Shown: positions 39,100 to 51,504 of the stretch, piece after piece
Position numbering within the stretch: position 1 is the stretch's first letter
Layout of the letters: each line of letters begins with the position of its first letter
The notes under the pieces: model-generated
Databases searched by the model: none
What the model was told of the DNA's origin: nothing
Seen by the model: only the letters and a program-made list of their open reading frames with translations
Assembly: GCA_030265395.1 (NCBI GenBank)
Contig: JARFYF010000064.1
Location: 232,650 to 296,649, forward strand
Origin: Rhina ancylostomus
Taxonomy: Eukaryota
Direction of reading: 5' to 3'
Length of the DNA stretch: 64,000 nt
Position numbers and translations under genes: made by a program

Positions 39100-39706
39100 A
39101 ACTTTTAAAGAAACAGGTTATCTGGGTAATACACCGCAATCTTCAGCGTCTCTCTGAATTTAGTCTGGATCATTCCGTAAATATAGGTGTTCGTGCAGCA
39201 GCGGAACAGCTGAGTCACAGATCCCGAAAACTGTGCCCCAAAAGCCGGACATCCGGTAACAAGTCTGTGCAGAGACATCGGATGAGAATGAAGACCAAAG
39301 TGGTTGTCGCTCAGCTGAGAAGGAAACTCGCCGACAAGGTGGAAAACAGAATGACGGATTGTCGCCGTCTCTCAATCTCCGTATCTCGCTGTTCCTCGAA
39401 ATATCTCTGATCCCTGATCACCCTTAGGACTCTGCTCGCCGCCATGATCTGTCTTAAGGGCAGAGTGTTGAGGGTCAAAATGAGGAGAAAGGAAGCCGCA
39501 GGTTTAATTGAGGTCTTCCAAAAAAAACCACTCAAACGTTTCCGACACAGGAACCAAGGATCGAGTGAAACACGGCCAATTGCCGTGCTGCTGAGAAGTA
39601 AACTCCTTATACAGGAAATAAAACTGAACATTCGATAAACAGAACGTGAAAGATATTGTGCCAATAACCATACCCGCAATTTTTCGGGTGCAGTATTTTG
39701 TTTAAA
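39100..39706 (-). pseudogene. GPR139-like GPCR pseudogene, TM4-TM7 part, cut by an LTR
   Basis: LNTLPLRQIMAASRVLRVIRDQ...EIERRRQSVILFSTLSASFLLS*, then SCCTNTYIYGMIQTKFRETLK; stops and frameshifts. Confidence 0.85.
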
Positions 39707-39707
39707 A

Positions 39708-40038
39708 AGTAGCACAATTAAGGAAAGAGTTAAATTAGCCAAAGGTCATTTCTGATTCCTGCTCAGTATGCAGTTGTGTGTAACACAAAATGCTATCAGC
39801 TTGGACTGTGGGAATGTTTCGAGAACTTGTGGAAGTCAGACGCACATCCTTGTGATTAGATACTGGTGAAGAAAGTTTCCTTATTTACAGACCAGTTGCC
39901 TCTGTTTCCATGTAAGTTGTTCAGGCCGATGGTCGTGAGTAAAAAGAGGATGCAGGCTGGTATCACGAAGGAATTGAAGAGTGGTGGGGTGAAGTTTATG
40001 TTAAGTTTTTGAGGCTTATAAAAGGGGGCATAGTCTTT
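39708..40038 (+). mobile_element. 5' half of an LTR inserted in the GPCR (same insertion as 48026-48674)
   Basis: Aligns to 48026-48358; TATAAAAGGGGGC lies just before the gap. Confidence 0.75.
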
Positions 40039-40559
40039 NNNNNNNNNNNNNNNNNNNNNNNNNNNNNNNNNNNNNNNNNNNNNNNNNNNNNNNNNNNNNN
40101 NNNNNNNNNNNNNNNNNNNNNNNNNNNNNNNNNNNNNNGACACAAAACATGCAGCATTTCAGTTGTATTCCAAGAGGCGCACTCAGGGGAACTGCAAGGT
40201 GGATTATGCAAGTTTACGGATTTGTCCCATACATGGCAGAAATGATATCTCATTTCGGAGGAGAAAATGAAGAATTTTTACATGCCGTCAGTTTTGGAAA
40301 TGCTGCCTTCGTCAGGGATCCGGGTGATTCTTTACCCCAGTCACTGAATGCAGCTGATAAGGACAAGGAGATATGAAAATTTATTGAAATGCAGGCCCCA
40401 GATGTCTCACTGCAATAACTTCAGGACCTTCAGACACTACTGCTGGATTGTTTCGTGCAATTTCGGTCACAGAAGCTGAAATATAGAAAATATTTCCAAC
40501 AAGGATACACCAGACTGATTCCCTGCCTCCTTGAAATTATCAATGCAACTGGACGCAAC

Positions 40560-41186
40560 AGTAAAGAACGCATGTAGCATGCTTGCATGAGGTGATGGGG
40601 GCATCGAGTATAACGTCAGTAACTCATGATTCAGTTTTGGAAATCCTTGGTTTGGTCACACTTCGAGTATTGCGTTCCGGTCGTCCCATGACAGGAAGTA
40701 CAAGAAAACTTGCAGATGCGGTTCGCAAGGATGTCGCCTGGATTGGAGGATGATGAATACAAACATAGTTTGAATAAACCGGGATTGTTTGTTTGAGCGT
40801 GGGGGGCTGAGGGGAGAACTCACAGAAGTTTATAAAACAATGAGAGGCAGATAAAAGGCAGACAGTCAGATCCTTTTTCTCCAGAGCAGAAATGTCGAAT
40901 ACTAGAGGGCACGGTTTAATATGAGAGGGGGGTGTTGAAAGGGGATGTGAGGGATGGGAATGTTTTGTTTATACAGAGGGTGGTGTATACCCTCAATGCG
41001 CTGCCAGTGGTGGTAGTAGAAGTACTTAGGTTGTGCCGTTCAAGACGACTTCGCATAGGCAGCTGAATGTGTGGGGAATGGAGAGATATGGCTCCTGTGC
41101 AGGCGAATGGGATTCGTTAAATCGTCGTGGCTAGTGACATTGTGTTCGGAAGGGCCTGTTCCTGTGCCGAATTGTTCTATGTTCTG
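40560..41186 (+). mobile_element. CR1 3' fragment
   Basis: HFEYCV-like segment, ACTAGAGGGCACGGTTTAA, and tail GAAGGGCCTGTTCCTGTGCCGAATTGTTCTATGTTCT. Confidence 0.8.
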
Positions 41187-41662
41187 AATCCTGTGAGGAG
41201 ACAACGGCTTCAACAATGAATGTATTCACCAAGGCTGGAGGAAGTAAAGAAGATCTGGAAAGGTAGGCTTCCAGAACAAAAATCTTTCTTTCCAGAAAGA
41301 AATCCAACAGGTTTCGACAACTCACTACAGGGAGGACGTGTTCCGTGTCTATGGAACCTGTAACCAGGGAACATGTTTTGAGAATTAGCAGTACAGCGGT
41401 TGTGAATGTGACGGTGACAAAGTTTTTCCCTCGGTTAGGATGAACATGTAGAATTCTCCACGACAGGAGGCTGTGGAGACCAAGTTGCTGAACACAGTTG
41501 GGCAGGCGGTAGACAGATTACATCTGTCATCAGAAAGCCATCAACGGGTTTGGGGAAAGAGCTGGAATTTATACTGAGATAAGGTATCAATTGCCAAATC
41601 ACGCATTTATCTCTCGGTATTTACTCCTTTCTGAGTCTCTGCTCAACAGGGGCGCGATCACT

Positions 41663-42135
41663 CATCATCACTAAATTGCTATCAGAGACGGGTCTAAATT
41701 GGTTGAAGGTTCACCCCTTAGCATTATAACACATGACAATTACCCTCCAATTGGCCACCGGGGTATAGGCTGCCGAAATCGCCTATGGACGTCCCGGAAC
41801 AACCCCATGGACGCTGACACGCAGCTCCCACCCAGGTTGACCTTAATATCATGGGGCATGAACTACATAGGTATTTCACACAACTTACGTCCTCTTTAAA
41901 GTTTCTTCATTCACAAGTGGAGAGCTCCTTTAAACCACTGGAAGGACAGAATGCGGAATTGCCTGGTCGGGTAATCGGAGATTCGGTACTGATACGCGAT
42001 TGGGAGCACCCTAAACTCGGACTTCGGTGGAATGGCCCCATCCAGATACTGCTCCAAAATACTAAAGCCGTGGAAGTACAGGAACGCTGGATTCATCTGA
42101 GTGACTGTAAGCCATGGCCACCGGAAGAAAGATGA
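41663..42135 (+). mobile_element. Endogenous retrovirus (gamma/epsilon-like) integrase C-terminal remnant
   Basis: TKLLSETGLNWLKVHPLAL*...TGV*AAEIAYGRP, then GDSVLIRDWEHPKLGLRWNGPIQILLQNTKAVEVQERWIHLSDCK (W-x-GP...WIH-x-S motif). Confidence 0.85.
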
Positions 42136-43753
42136 TATTTCTTAGATTCGGACTCCTGAACATTACTAGTACTCTTGCGTGGGCATTAGGGGATAATTTG
42201 TTTTACAAAGTACACATGCAGTTACATTGGAATCGCACCGTTTCCTACCCCTTGGCAGAATGGTGAAAAGCCTTTTTGTAGCCACACCAAGCTGGAGCCC
42301 CAGGGCCCTCTTAAAGTATGAACATTCAAAAACAGATTGTATTGGGCAGACGGGAACTTACGGGAGGGTGCTGCCGGGTAAATTCTTGCAAAAATAGTAA
42401 CAGGTCCTGTGGCACAACCAACAAGCAGTTCTGCTCCCGCTGCTTCACAGGTAAAGGATGGGGTTTGTTCGATAGCCATCGTACATCACACGACATCATG
42501 TGCAACCACTACTTGTACAGAGAAAAAATGTGTATTTAAGGGGGAGGTGTTTTCGGTGTGAATGAGCTGCTACTATGTGTGTTACGTTACTTGCAGGAGA
42601 GCGATGGGTTTGTGGGGAAGGGAACGGAACCCATGTGAAATTATCTGTTGTATCTTTAGAATGGCTAACCGGGGAGAATTACCTGAGAGAGCATGGGAGA
42701 AATGTTGTTGGAATCTCTAGGTATTCTCAACTGCCCAGTCGACAGCAATCGGGTAATGTAACCTGTTACCGGGCTAAGGAAGTGTATGTGTTCCTCTTTA
42801 ATGGTACTTACACTACCGCTACCCCCACTCTGCCAGCCTGGCTTGCAATGGGAACGATCGGGTCGGTCACGGTCCCGTGATACCAGAAGGCTCATGTCCG
42901 ACGAAGATTTGTGATACAGTCGGTTAAGTGAGGAGTTCTGTGAGGACAGGCGGGATCTTCTTACGTTGGGATCTCCCTTATCGTCGTTAAGCTATGGGTT
43001 TCTGAGTATTTCTGAGTACTCTGGCGGGGGGGGGCGGGCGTGGTTCAGCAGCAATTGTAGCCGCAATAAAACAGAACTACCATATTTGTGGACTGGCCGC
43101 GCTGGGTAACAGTACCATAAATGGCCTGGAGGCACTGAACCGGGACCTGGCGGAGCCTCGAATTTTATGCCCGGCAGACCTGGTATGCTGTGGACTACCA
43201 GTTGTCTCAGAAAGGAGGAGTATGTGCCATAGTAGGGGAAAATGTGTCACCAATGTAAGAGTTGAGTCCAACAACATTTTCCATGCCATTCAGGACATTC
43301 AGAAGCAAGTAGATAGCTTTAGGCAGAGATTTACAGGAGGGACGGATTGGTTGCTGTGGATACTAGGAGGATCGTGGGCATCATACCTGCTGCATGGAAC
43401 AGTGGGGCTAATCGTTATGACAGTAGTGCGCTGTGTGGTGCGAGGCCGCCCAACTAGCTGTTGCAAGGTCCTTATCAATAAACTATCGACCCCGTTCTCG
43501 GCGCCACTCCAGGTTATCATTAAATGATAACAGGAGGAATGAGGACGTAAAGGGTTAAAAACCGTCACCATGCCAATAGCTGATAGGAAAAAAAGATACC
43601 TCGCAAGCAAGAGCACGCAAGCCTCTGACAATGGATAAGGTGCTAATTACTCTTTCCGGGACCTTGATCAATCCCGTTATCCTGCGCAACAGGAGTACTG
43701 GGTGCAATAAACAACGAGTAGGAAGCTTGTTCTTCACAATAAGGGGTGATAAC
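42136..43753 (+). mobile_element. Endogenous retrovirus env remnant with candidate polypurine tract
   Basis: Heptad GLAALGNSTINGLEALNRDL; immunosuppressive-domain-like QTWYAVDYQLSQKGGVCAIVGE/KCVT (43175-43253, frameshifted); anchor WLLWILGGSWASYLLHGTVGLIVMTVV; purine-rich AAGGGGTGATAAC before TGT at 43754. Confidence 0.8.
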
Positions 43754-43799
43754 TGTCTTTGAACTTTTTGGGAGGGGGCGAAGACAGAATGTCCGGTGT

Positions 43800-44666
43800 G
43801 ATGTCCGGTCCTTGTTTATGTTTTCCACTTCCTGAGGCCAATACATTGTGGAGGTCGACAACTCGGATTCCTGGGTGGGGGCGGTCCTCTCTCAATGCTC
43901 CAGTGTGTATCAGAGACTGCACCCCTGTGCCTTTTTTTCTCGCTGGTTGTCCCCAGCTGAACGCACCTATGACGTGGAGAACAGGGAGTTGCTAGCAGTC
44001 AAGCTTGCATTGGAGGAGTGGGGGCACTGGCGAGAGGGAGCAGAACACCCGTTCATCGTTTGGACAGACCATCAGAAACTGGATACGGACTGCAAAACGC
44101 CTGAATTCCCGTCAAGCACGGTGGGCATTATTCTTGGCAGGTTCCGGTTTACACTAACATATTGTCCTGGGTCCAAGAACGGGAAGCCCGATGCTCTCTC
44201 CCGGCAATGCTCTACTGAGGAGGACCATCCTGACCCCAAGACTATCCTTCCTCAGTCCTGTGTGGTGGCGGCCCTCACCTAGGAGATTGAGGCTGCAGTG
44301 AAGAGGGCCCAACGGACCCAACCTGACACAGACAATGAGCTACCCAACCGCCTTTTTGTACCAGCGTCTGTGCGGTCTCAAGTTCTGCAGTGGGGACATT
44401 CTTCTCGTTTTGCCTGTCATCCGGGGATTGATAAGACTCTCTTCCTCCTGAAGAAACACTTCTGGTGGCCCTCCATGGACGCGGATACTCGTTCCTTTGT
44501 ATCTGCCTGTACAGGCTGCGCCCGTGGAAATGCCTCCCACCGACCACCTGCTGGAGTGCTTCGCCCCTTACCTGTACCTAGCCGTCCATGGTCCCATATC
44601 GCCCTGGATTTTTTCACGGAACTGCACCCTGCTCACGGAAACACCGTTGTCCTCACCATTGTGGAT
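43800..44666 (+). mobile_element. Ty3/Gypsy (Sushi-like) pol fragment: RNase H and integrase N-terminus
   Basis: [67 protein letters not shown]...[20 protein letters not shown]; frameshift and stop present. Confidence 0.92.
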
Positions 44667-47419
44667 GCTGGGACGGCAACACCAATCGTGCTGTTGTCAC
44701 GCTAATCCTTGTAATGATAAGACATGGCTTGAGCACCACTGGTGGCGGTAGTAGGCTGTTTTCATGTCAAAGCACCACGTGACCAGTGTTGATTTTACTC
44801 CAAGTTTGCGGGTGGAGTCTTCACTCCTGCACAAATGATGGCGAAGCTAACCGAACAATGGAATTATCACTGCCTTGTTTTATTTTGTGTAACTCATCTT
44901 TAATACGATTCTCCTTTACTTAGTTCAGATGGTCTTGCTGCACATGATATATTAACGTTAATAGCGCCAACCTTTAAAGTTTGCCCTGTTACCAAAGTCT
45001 TTTTATGCAATGCGAGTTGCAATATAGTGATCGTGGATTATAGACCTGATCCTTCATCGCTGTTCTCATATGCAGTTCCAGAGATAGAGAAACAATGAAA
45101 TATAATATCAACGTCACGTTTTCACGGACACTGTCCAGGTACCGAGACCTCAAAGATGTTTAGAGACACCAGATGATGCTCCAAAAGTTATAAGCTCCTA
45201 AATAGGGGTGTTCCGAGCACGAAACGTCGAAAAAGCATCAGGGCATGTTCAGCCATCCATTACTGAAGTATATGGCTTACCTTACTAAAATTTATGAACA
45301 ATACGCTGTTCATCTTCAGACAGAGAAGTATGCAGACATGGGGTTGTCTCTTTGAAAACTCTGGAAAATTAGACTACAGCATGAATAGTGCGCGGAATTC
45401 GGCCACCATAATATCGGAACAATGTGAAGGTCCAAGGGAACACGCGGATGAGAGCACCGGAATATTTCCGCGGCGTTTGATTTCAGAAACAAGTCTCTAT
45501 TGCAGAAGCCGGGGTTATTCTACTGGAGCAAAGAAAGCTGCGGAGAGATCAGAAACAGGTGGACAGGATAAATGACGGTTTTAAGGTTAGAATGGGTTCC
45601 CATCCGTAGATGGGTCGAACACCAGAGACACAGATTGAAAGTGATGGAAAAATCATCGAGGGTGGTGTGAGAGGAAATCAGCATCATACTCAGAGAGTGC
45701 TTGTGATCGGGAACTCACGATCTCTGAGGATGGTGGAAAAGGAGGCAATCTAGACGGACAGTCAATTCCACTGTCACGTGCGAAGAAGTTGCAGGGCTGC
45801 GGTAACAGAGTAGCGAAAGAAGGGAAATAGTTATTTTTTCAGGAAGTCGACGTGGACTCAGAAGGCTTTAATCTTCATTCCTCAGCTGTTACGATTTCAC
45901 TGCCGTAAGAGAAGAGGCGAAGCAACGCTGTCGAATCTGGGAAACATTTAAAGCTGTGAACTGAGACAAGAAGCATAAACATGTGGGAATGAACCAATCG
46001 GTTTTCAGGCAATAAAATGTCTTGCCCATCGAATGTTTATCCACGGTGCTAGAAGTTGTTCAGGGTTGTTCACTTTTGTTCAGGTTACTGTACATGAACG
46101 GTTCTTTAACGGCAGGTGTGATATGTGCCACAATAATAATAAGTGAGGCTTTTGAACATTAAAATCATGGTATCGGGCTGGTGATGCAGGTCCCTGAGTG
46201 CCAGTGTCGAGCTGTCGGGGCTATTAGCTAATAAGCATCTTTCTGAAGCTCGTAATTCAATAATACTGTCTTTGGCCGCGCAGTTGCGCCGTCACTGAGT
46301 TTAAAATGCAAAAACCCCAGATGACGTGCCAGGTTTCCCAGACGTGTTTAAGTCAATGGAGCAGCAGTAGCCGAACCTCGTACAGTCATCAGACAATTTA
46401 CCTCATGTCTCACTGCAGCGAATCTCTGCATCAGTCTTTTGACGGAACATTAATTTAGGCTGGAATATACAGAACTAATTACGATGTTGTTGCCATTACT
46501 GAGACTTGGTTGCGTGAGGGAAAGGACTGGCAGACCAACGTTCCTGAGTTTCTTTGCCTCACACGTGATAAGGAGGGATAAAAAACGTGGATGGGTTGCA
46601 CTACTGTTGAAGAAAAATATCACAGCAGTAATCAGAGAGGAGACACTGGGAGGTTCATCCATGGAGACCATTTAGATGGAGCTCTGAAATAAGAAATGTG
46701 CAATTATATTGGCCCACCATTAGCCACCGAGAGGTGGAGGAATAGAAATGGAGACAGGTGTTGGAAAAGTCCAGAAATAAAGGGGTTGTCACAGAGGGAG
46801 ACTTTAACTTCCGCAGTATTGATTGGAACTTCCTCTGTACAATAAGATGAAATGGGACAGGATTTCTTTAGTGCATCTAAGAGGGGTCCTTAAGAGGCAC
46901 AATTTCTTTTATTATTATGACCACAGCTGCTGAATCAGTTCCTAACTTGACGATATTATAAAATCGTACAAATGACTGGGAGTTAACCTTCTATTGCTCA
47001 GCTGGTCAAGCCACATTTGAAATCTCCTGGGGAGAATGTGGAGGGTGGTCATATTGTAATCATTTGTATATACATTTAATATACAGCGGATTGCAAGCAC
47101 TGCCATCCGATAATCATGAAACGAGTTATGAACTACAGCGAAAATAAGTACTCTGTGTTTTATGGGCATCGATCTTATTAGAATTAGAGGGTGTGTGTCG
47201 ATATTGATTACTATGCACGTTTACTTGAAAACAACTCCCAACCTGAGATTAATCCTTGAATTTAAATGTAGACAATGAAGGAACAGGGAGGCTGAGGATT
47301 GTTATTCCAACGGGTTTAATATCAGTTTATAGTGAAGCATCTGCATCGATAAATATGAATATTTTCCTGCTCTCTTCAAAATTCGGAAAATTATTGGACA
47401 TTTTGATCCGTGCATAAAG

Positions 47420-49092
47420 TTTAAACGAACAGGTTATCCGGGTAAAACATCACAATCTTCAGCAGCTCTCTGAATTTAGTCTGGATCATTCCGTCAATAT
47501 AGGTGTTCGTGCAGCAGCGGAAAAGCTAAGTCACAGATCCAGAAAACTGTGCCCCCAAAAGCCGGACATACGTTAACGGGCCTGTGCAGAGACATCGGAT
47601 GAGAATGAAGACCAACGTGGTTGTCGCCCATCTGAGAAAGAAACTCGCCGACAAGGTGGAGAACAGAATGACAGATTGTCGCCGGCTCTCAATCTCCGCA
47701 TCTAGTTGTTCCTCGAAAATTCTCTGATCCCTGAGCACCCTTCGGACTCTGCTCGCCACCATGATATGTCTGAAGGTCAGAGTGTTGAGGGTCAAAATGA
47801 GGAGAAAGGGAAGCCGCAGGTTTAATTGAGGTCTACCAGAAAAAACCCTCAAACGTTTCCGATACAGGAACCGTGGATCGAGTGAAACGCGGCCAGTTTG
47901 CTGTGCTGCTGAGAAGTAATCTCCTTATACAGAAAATAAAACGGAACATTCCTTAAGCAGAACGTGAAACATATTGTGCCAATAAACATACCCGCAATTT
48001 TTCGGGTGCAGTATTTTGTTTAAAAAGTAGCTCAATTAAGGAAAGAGTTAAATTAGCCAAAGGTCATTTCTGAATCCTGCTTAGTATGTGTAGTGGTGTG
48101 CAATACAAAATGCTGTCAGCTTGGACTGTGGGAATATTTCGAGAATTTGTGGAAGTACAGGCGCACATCCTTGAGATTAGATACTGGTGAAGAAAGTGTC
48201 CGTCTTTACAGATCTGTTGTCTCTGTTTCCATGTAAGTTGTTCATGCCGATGGTCGTGAATGATAAGAGGGTGTAGGTCGGTATCACGAAGGAATTGAAA
48301 AGTGCTGGGGTGAAGTTTATGTTAAGTTTTTGAGGCTTATAAAAGGGGGCATATTCTTTTTTGCAAACCGGGACATTCCGTTAGGGCGGCTCACGACTGA
48401 TACCAAGACGCTGACAGAAGGCTGCGTGAAAGGCTGTCACGCACCTGAGTTTCCCCGCATTTATGTAGATCAGATTATTCATTGGTTTATAAGTATTAAT
48501 TTGCTTCCTTCTGTATTTTTATTCTTCTTTCTTTCTGAATTTTATTCTTCATATAACGAATAAAGTAGTTTCTAGAATCTTTTACACGCGTCCTGTACCT
48601 CCTTTGTTTGTGACTACCTCTTGCTGCTGAATCAGAAAAGAACAATGAACGGATTTTAAAATATTTTCGTTACAGCCTAGCGAATGGCCACAAAGCGATC
48701 GAAAGTAAAGGCTACCGTCAGCCACACGGAACCATCTAAAGCCACGTGACACAGGACTTAGTGGACAGAACTGAGCGTTGCTCAGGAATCCGTACAGTAC
48801 GACTGTTTAACCCAGCCGGTAGAACAGGACTTCGATAATCACCACCATTAGATCCGCATCAGCTATCTCCACCAGATAGAGAGTGTTTTATTTGTTGAGA
48901 CTGCAGTTTCCTCGTCAGAAAATAAAGATTGCCACCAGGGTAGCTGTGGTAAAAGAAATGAAGCTTAAAATTGTCATAAATTATAAAATGCAATTGAAAT
49001 ACGTTTGTAAAAACAGTTCTAACTTTTACCCTGGTATCCCATCTTTGGCCTTTGAGTGACTACACAACTGGAATAACGGTGGATATATTCAT
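47420..49092 (-). pseudogene. GPR139-like GPCR pseudogene interrupted by an LTR just after the DRF motif
   Basis: Degenerate candidate exon 1 (MNISTVIPVV*...GIP, about 49031-49092); acceptor at 48944-48945; LVAIFIF*RGNCSLNK*...ADLMVVII...LTVAFTFDRFVAIR*; LTR; then YCTRKIAG...LNTLTFRHIMVASRVRR...ESRRQSVILFSTLSASFFLRW. Confidence 0.88.
48026..48674 (+). mobile_element. Solo LTR of about 650 bp
   Basis: Interrupts the GPCR frame. TATAAAA at 48338, AATAAA at 48559, ends ...TTCGTTACA. No 5' TG or TSD is recognisable. Confidence 0.75.
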
Positions 49093-49684
49093 TTACACCA
49101 CTGTTTTGAAGCTCTTTACAGCGACATCTTACACAGTGAACTTATTACATCAGCCGCGGGAAATCTTAGGAATGTGGAGAAAATCAATCAATATTAATAC
49201 GTTGTCTGAGAGTCACATGATGGCATGACGAGAGTAGCGGCCACAGACGTCTTCGGGAGATCGCTGTGTCAACGATGTCGTCAACATGAGATGTCCGTTT
49301 AACACCCCAGACCAATGAGAAAACTGCACCCTCCAAGTTTTCATTGCAGAGCTGGTCTTTACTGAGTACTTCGTCTCGCAGGCAGTGGGGATGAGAAATG
49401 TTCCAAACTGAGTTTAATTGAAAATGCTGCTGGAACTATTTTACAATGGTAAGTGTTTTAAACAACAAAGGAATAATGTAACTTTCGTGAGCTGGATAGT
49501 AGAACGGACGACTGAGTTAAACCCCAAGAAGTAGACAACATGATGAATTCGGGAAGGAAGATTACTAATGGCATTGTCTATCCGNNNNNNNNNNNNNNNN
49601 NNNNNNNNNNNNNNNNNNNNNNNNNNNNNNNNNNNNNNNNNNNNNNNNNNNNNNNNNNNNNNNNNNNNNNNNNNNNNNNNNNNN

Positions 49685-51025
49685 GAAGGAATTGAAGAGT
49701 GGTGGGGTGAAGTTTATGTTAAGTTTTTGAGGCTTATAAAAGGGGGCATATTCTTTTTTTGCAAACCGGGACATTCCGTTAGGGCGGCTCACGACTGGTA
49801 CTAAGATGCAGACAGAAGGTTGCGTGAAAGGCTGTCGCGCACCTGAGTTTCACCGAATTTACGAAGATCAGATTATCCTTTGGTTGATAAGTATTAATTT
49901 GCTTCCTTCTGCATTTTAAGTATTCTTCTTTCTTTCTGAATTTTATTCTTCATTTCACGAATAAAGTAGTTTCTGGACTCTTTAATACGCTTACTGTACC
50001 TCCTTTGTGACTACCTCTTGCTGCTGAATCAGAAAAGAATAATGAACGGATTTTAAATATATTTTCGTTACAGCCTAGCAAATGGCTCAAAACTATCGAA
50101 AGTAAAGGCAATCGTCAGCCACATGGAACCATCTGTGGCGTGACACAGGACGTAGTGGACAAGCCAGAACTGAGCGTTGCGCAGGAGTCCGTACAGTACG
50201 ACTGTTTCACCCAGCCGGTAGAACAGGATTTCGATAATCACCAGCATTAGATCCGCAGCAGTCATCTCCACCAGATAGAGAGTGCTTTATTTGTTGAGAC
50301 TGTAGTGTCCTCGGCAGAACATAAAGATCGCCACCAGGTCAGCTGTGGTAAAAGAAATGAAGCTTAAAATTGCCAGAAATTATAAAATGCAATTGAAATA
50401 CGTTTGTAAAAACAGTTCTAACTTTTCTCCTGGTGTCCACCTTTGGCCTTTGAGTGACGACACAACTGGAATAACGGTAAATATATTCATTTACGCCGCT
50501 CCTTTGAAGCTCTTAACAGCGACATCTTACACATCTTCCAGTGGACTTATTACATCAGCGGCGGGAAATCACGGAATTATGGTGGTGATAATCAATCAAT
50601 ATTGTTGTCAATCAATAACGTTGTCTGAGAAACACATGATGGCATAACAAGAGTAGCGCCACAGACGTCTTCGGGAGATCACTGTGACAACGATGTCATC
50701 AACATGATATGTACACCCGTTAACACCCCAGACCGATGAGAAAACTGCACCCTAGAAGTATTCATTGCAGAGCTGATATTCACTGAGTACTTCGTCTCGC
50801 AGGCAGTGGGAATGAGAAATGTTCCAAACTGACTGTAATTGAAAATGCTGCTGGAACAATTATACAATGATAAGTGTTTTAAACAACAAAGGAATAATGT
50901 AACTTTAGTCAGCTAATAGTAGAACGGATGACTGAGTTAAACCCTGAGAAGTAGACAACATGATGAATTCGGGAAGGAAGATTACGAATGGCATTGTCTA
51001 TCCGACTACAACAGATATTTTCACA
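49685..51025 (+). repeat. Segmental duplication copy C (3' half of the LTR 49685-50072, GPCR 5' part, upstream flank)
   Basis: Collinear with 48288-49584. Confidence 0.92.
50073..50490 (-). pseudogene. GPR139-like GPCR pseudogene, TM1-TM3 part
   Basis: Acceptor at 50343-50344; EMTAADLMLVIIEILFYRLGE...ATDGSMWLTIAFTFD, ending at the same LTR junction as copy B. Confidence 0.82.
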
Positions 51026-51504
51026 CCATAGAATATACTAGTGGGATTTAACCGTGGAAACAGAATACAGTCGCGTTACTGAGGTTCCCAGAGTTACTGA
51101 ACGCTGATCCAGGAAGCTGAGCTGGAATCCCACGATGACAACTGGGGAATGCAAAGTCAAGTAATTTGCATCTGGTCCCCGGAACAGTGACCATGAAACT
51201 AGCAGACTGTGGTAAAACACTTATGTTTCTCCCATATTTTAGGGAAGTAAATCTGCCATCTTTACCATCGAGGTTTGTCCGTGACTCCACCGGAACCAAT
51301 AGTTTTCATCTTTACAGTGTACCCGGACACGACATGATTGAGAGAAAATGAGGAATTGTTAGCAACATCCGCATCTCCAGAATGAATTTAGAGAGTCGGG
51401 GAAAGCGAACTTGATTTCAAACCTTGCAGCCGTTGCAAATGATGATGTGCCAAATTATTTCCACTTCATGACGAAATCTGACAATTTCCAATCATGTGAG
51501 GCAT

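Larger units (their letters stand above)
36269..40038 (+). repeat. Segmental duplication copy A (aligns to 44664-48358)
   Basis: Collinear from GATGCTGGGACGGCAACACCAATCG through unique sequence, a CR1 APE fragment, a GPCR pseudogene and an LTR, up to the gap at 40039. Confidence 0.95.
44664..49584 (+). repeat. Segmental duplication copy B (longest copy)
   Basis: The 5' part aligns to 36269-40038; the 3' part (48288-49584) aligns to 49685-51004. Confidence 0.95.

Noticed and set aside
38940-39410. 156-aa plus-strand ORF
   Set aside because: Largely the antisense shadow of the GPCR pseudogene.
43848-44705. Domesticated PEG10/RTL1-like gene
   Set aside because: Frameshifted, contains a stop and is truncated at both ends; an ordinary Gypsy remnant.
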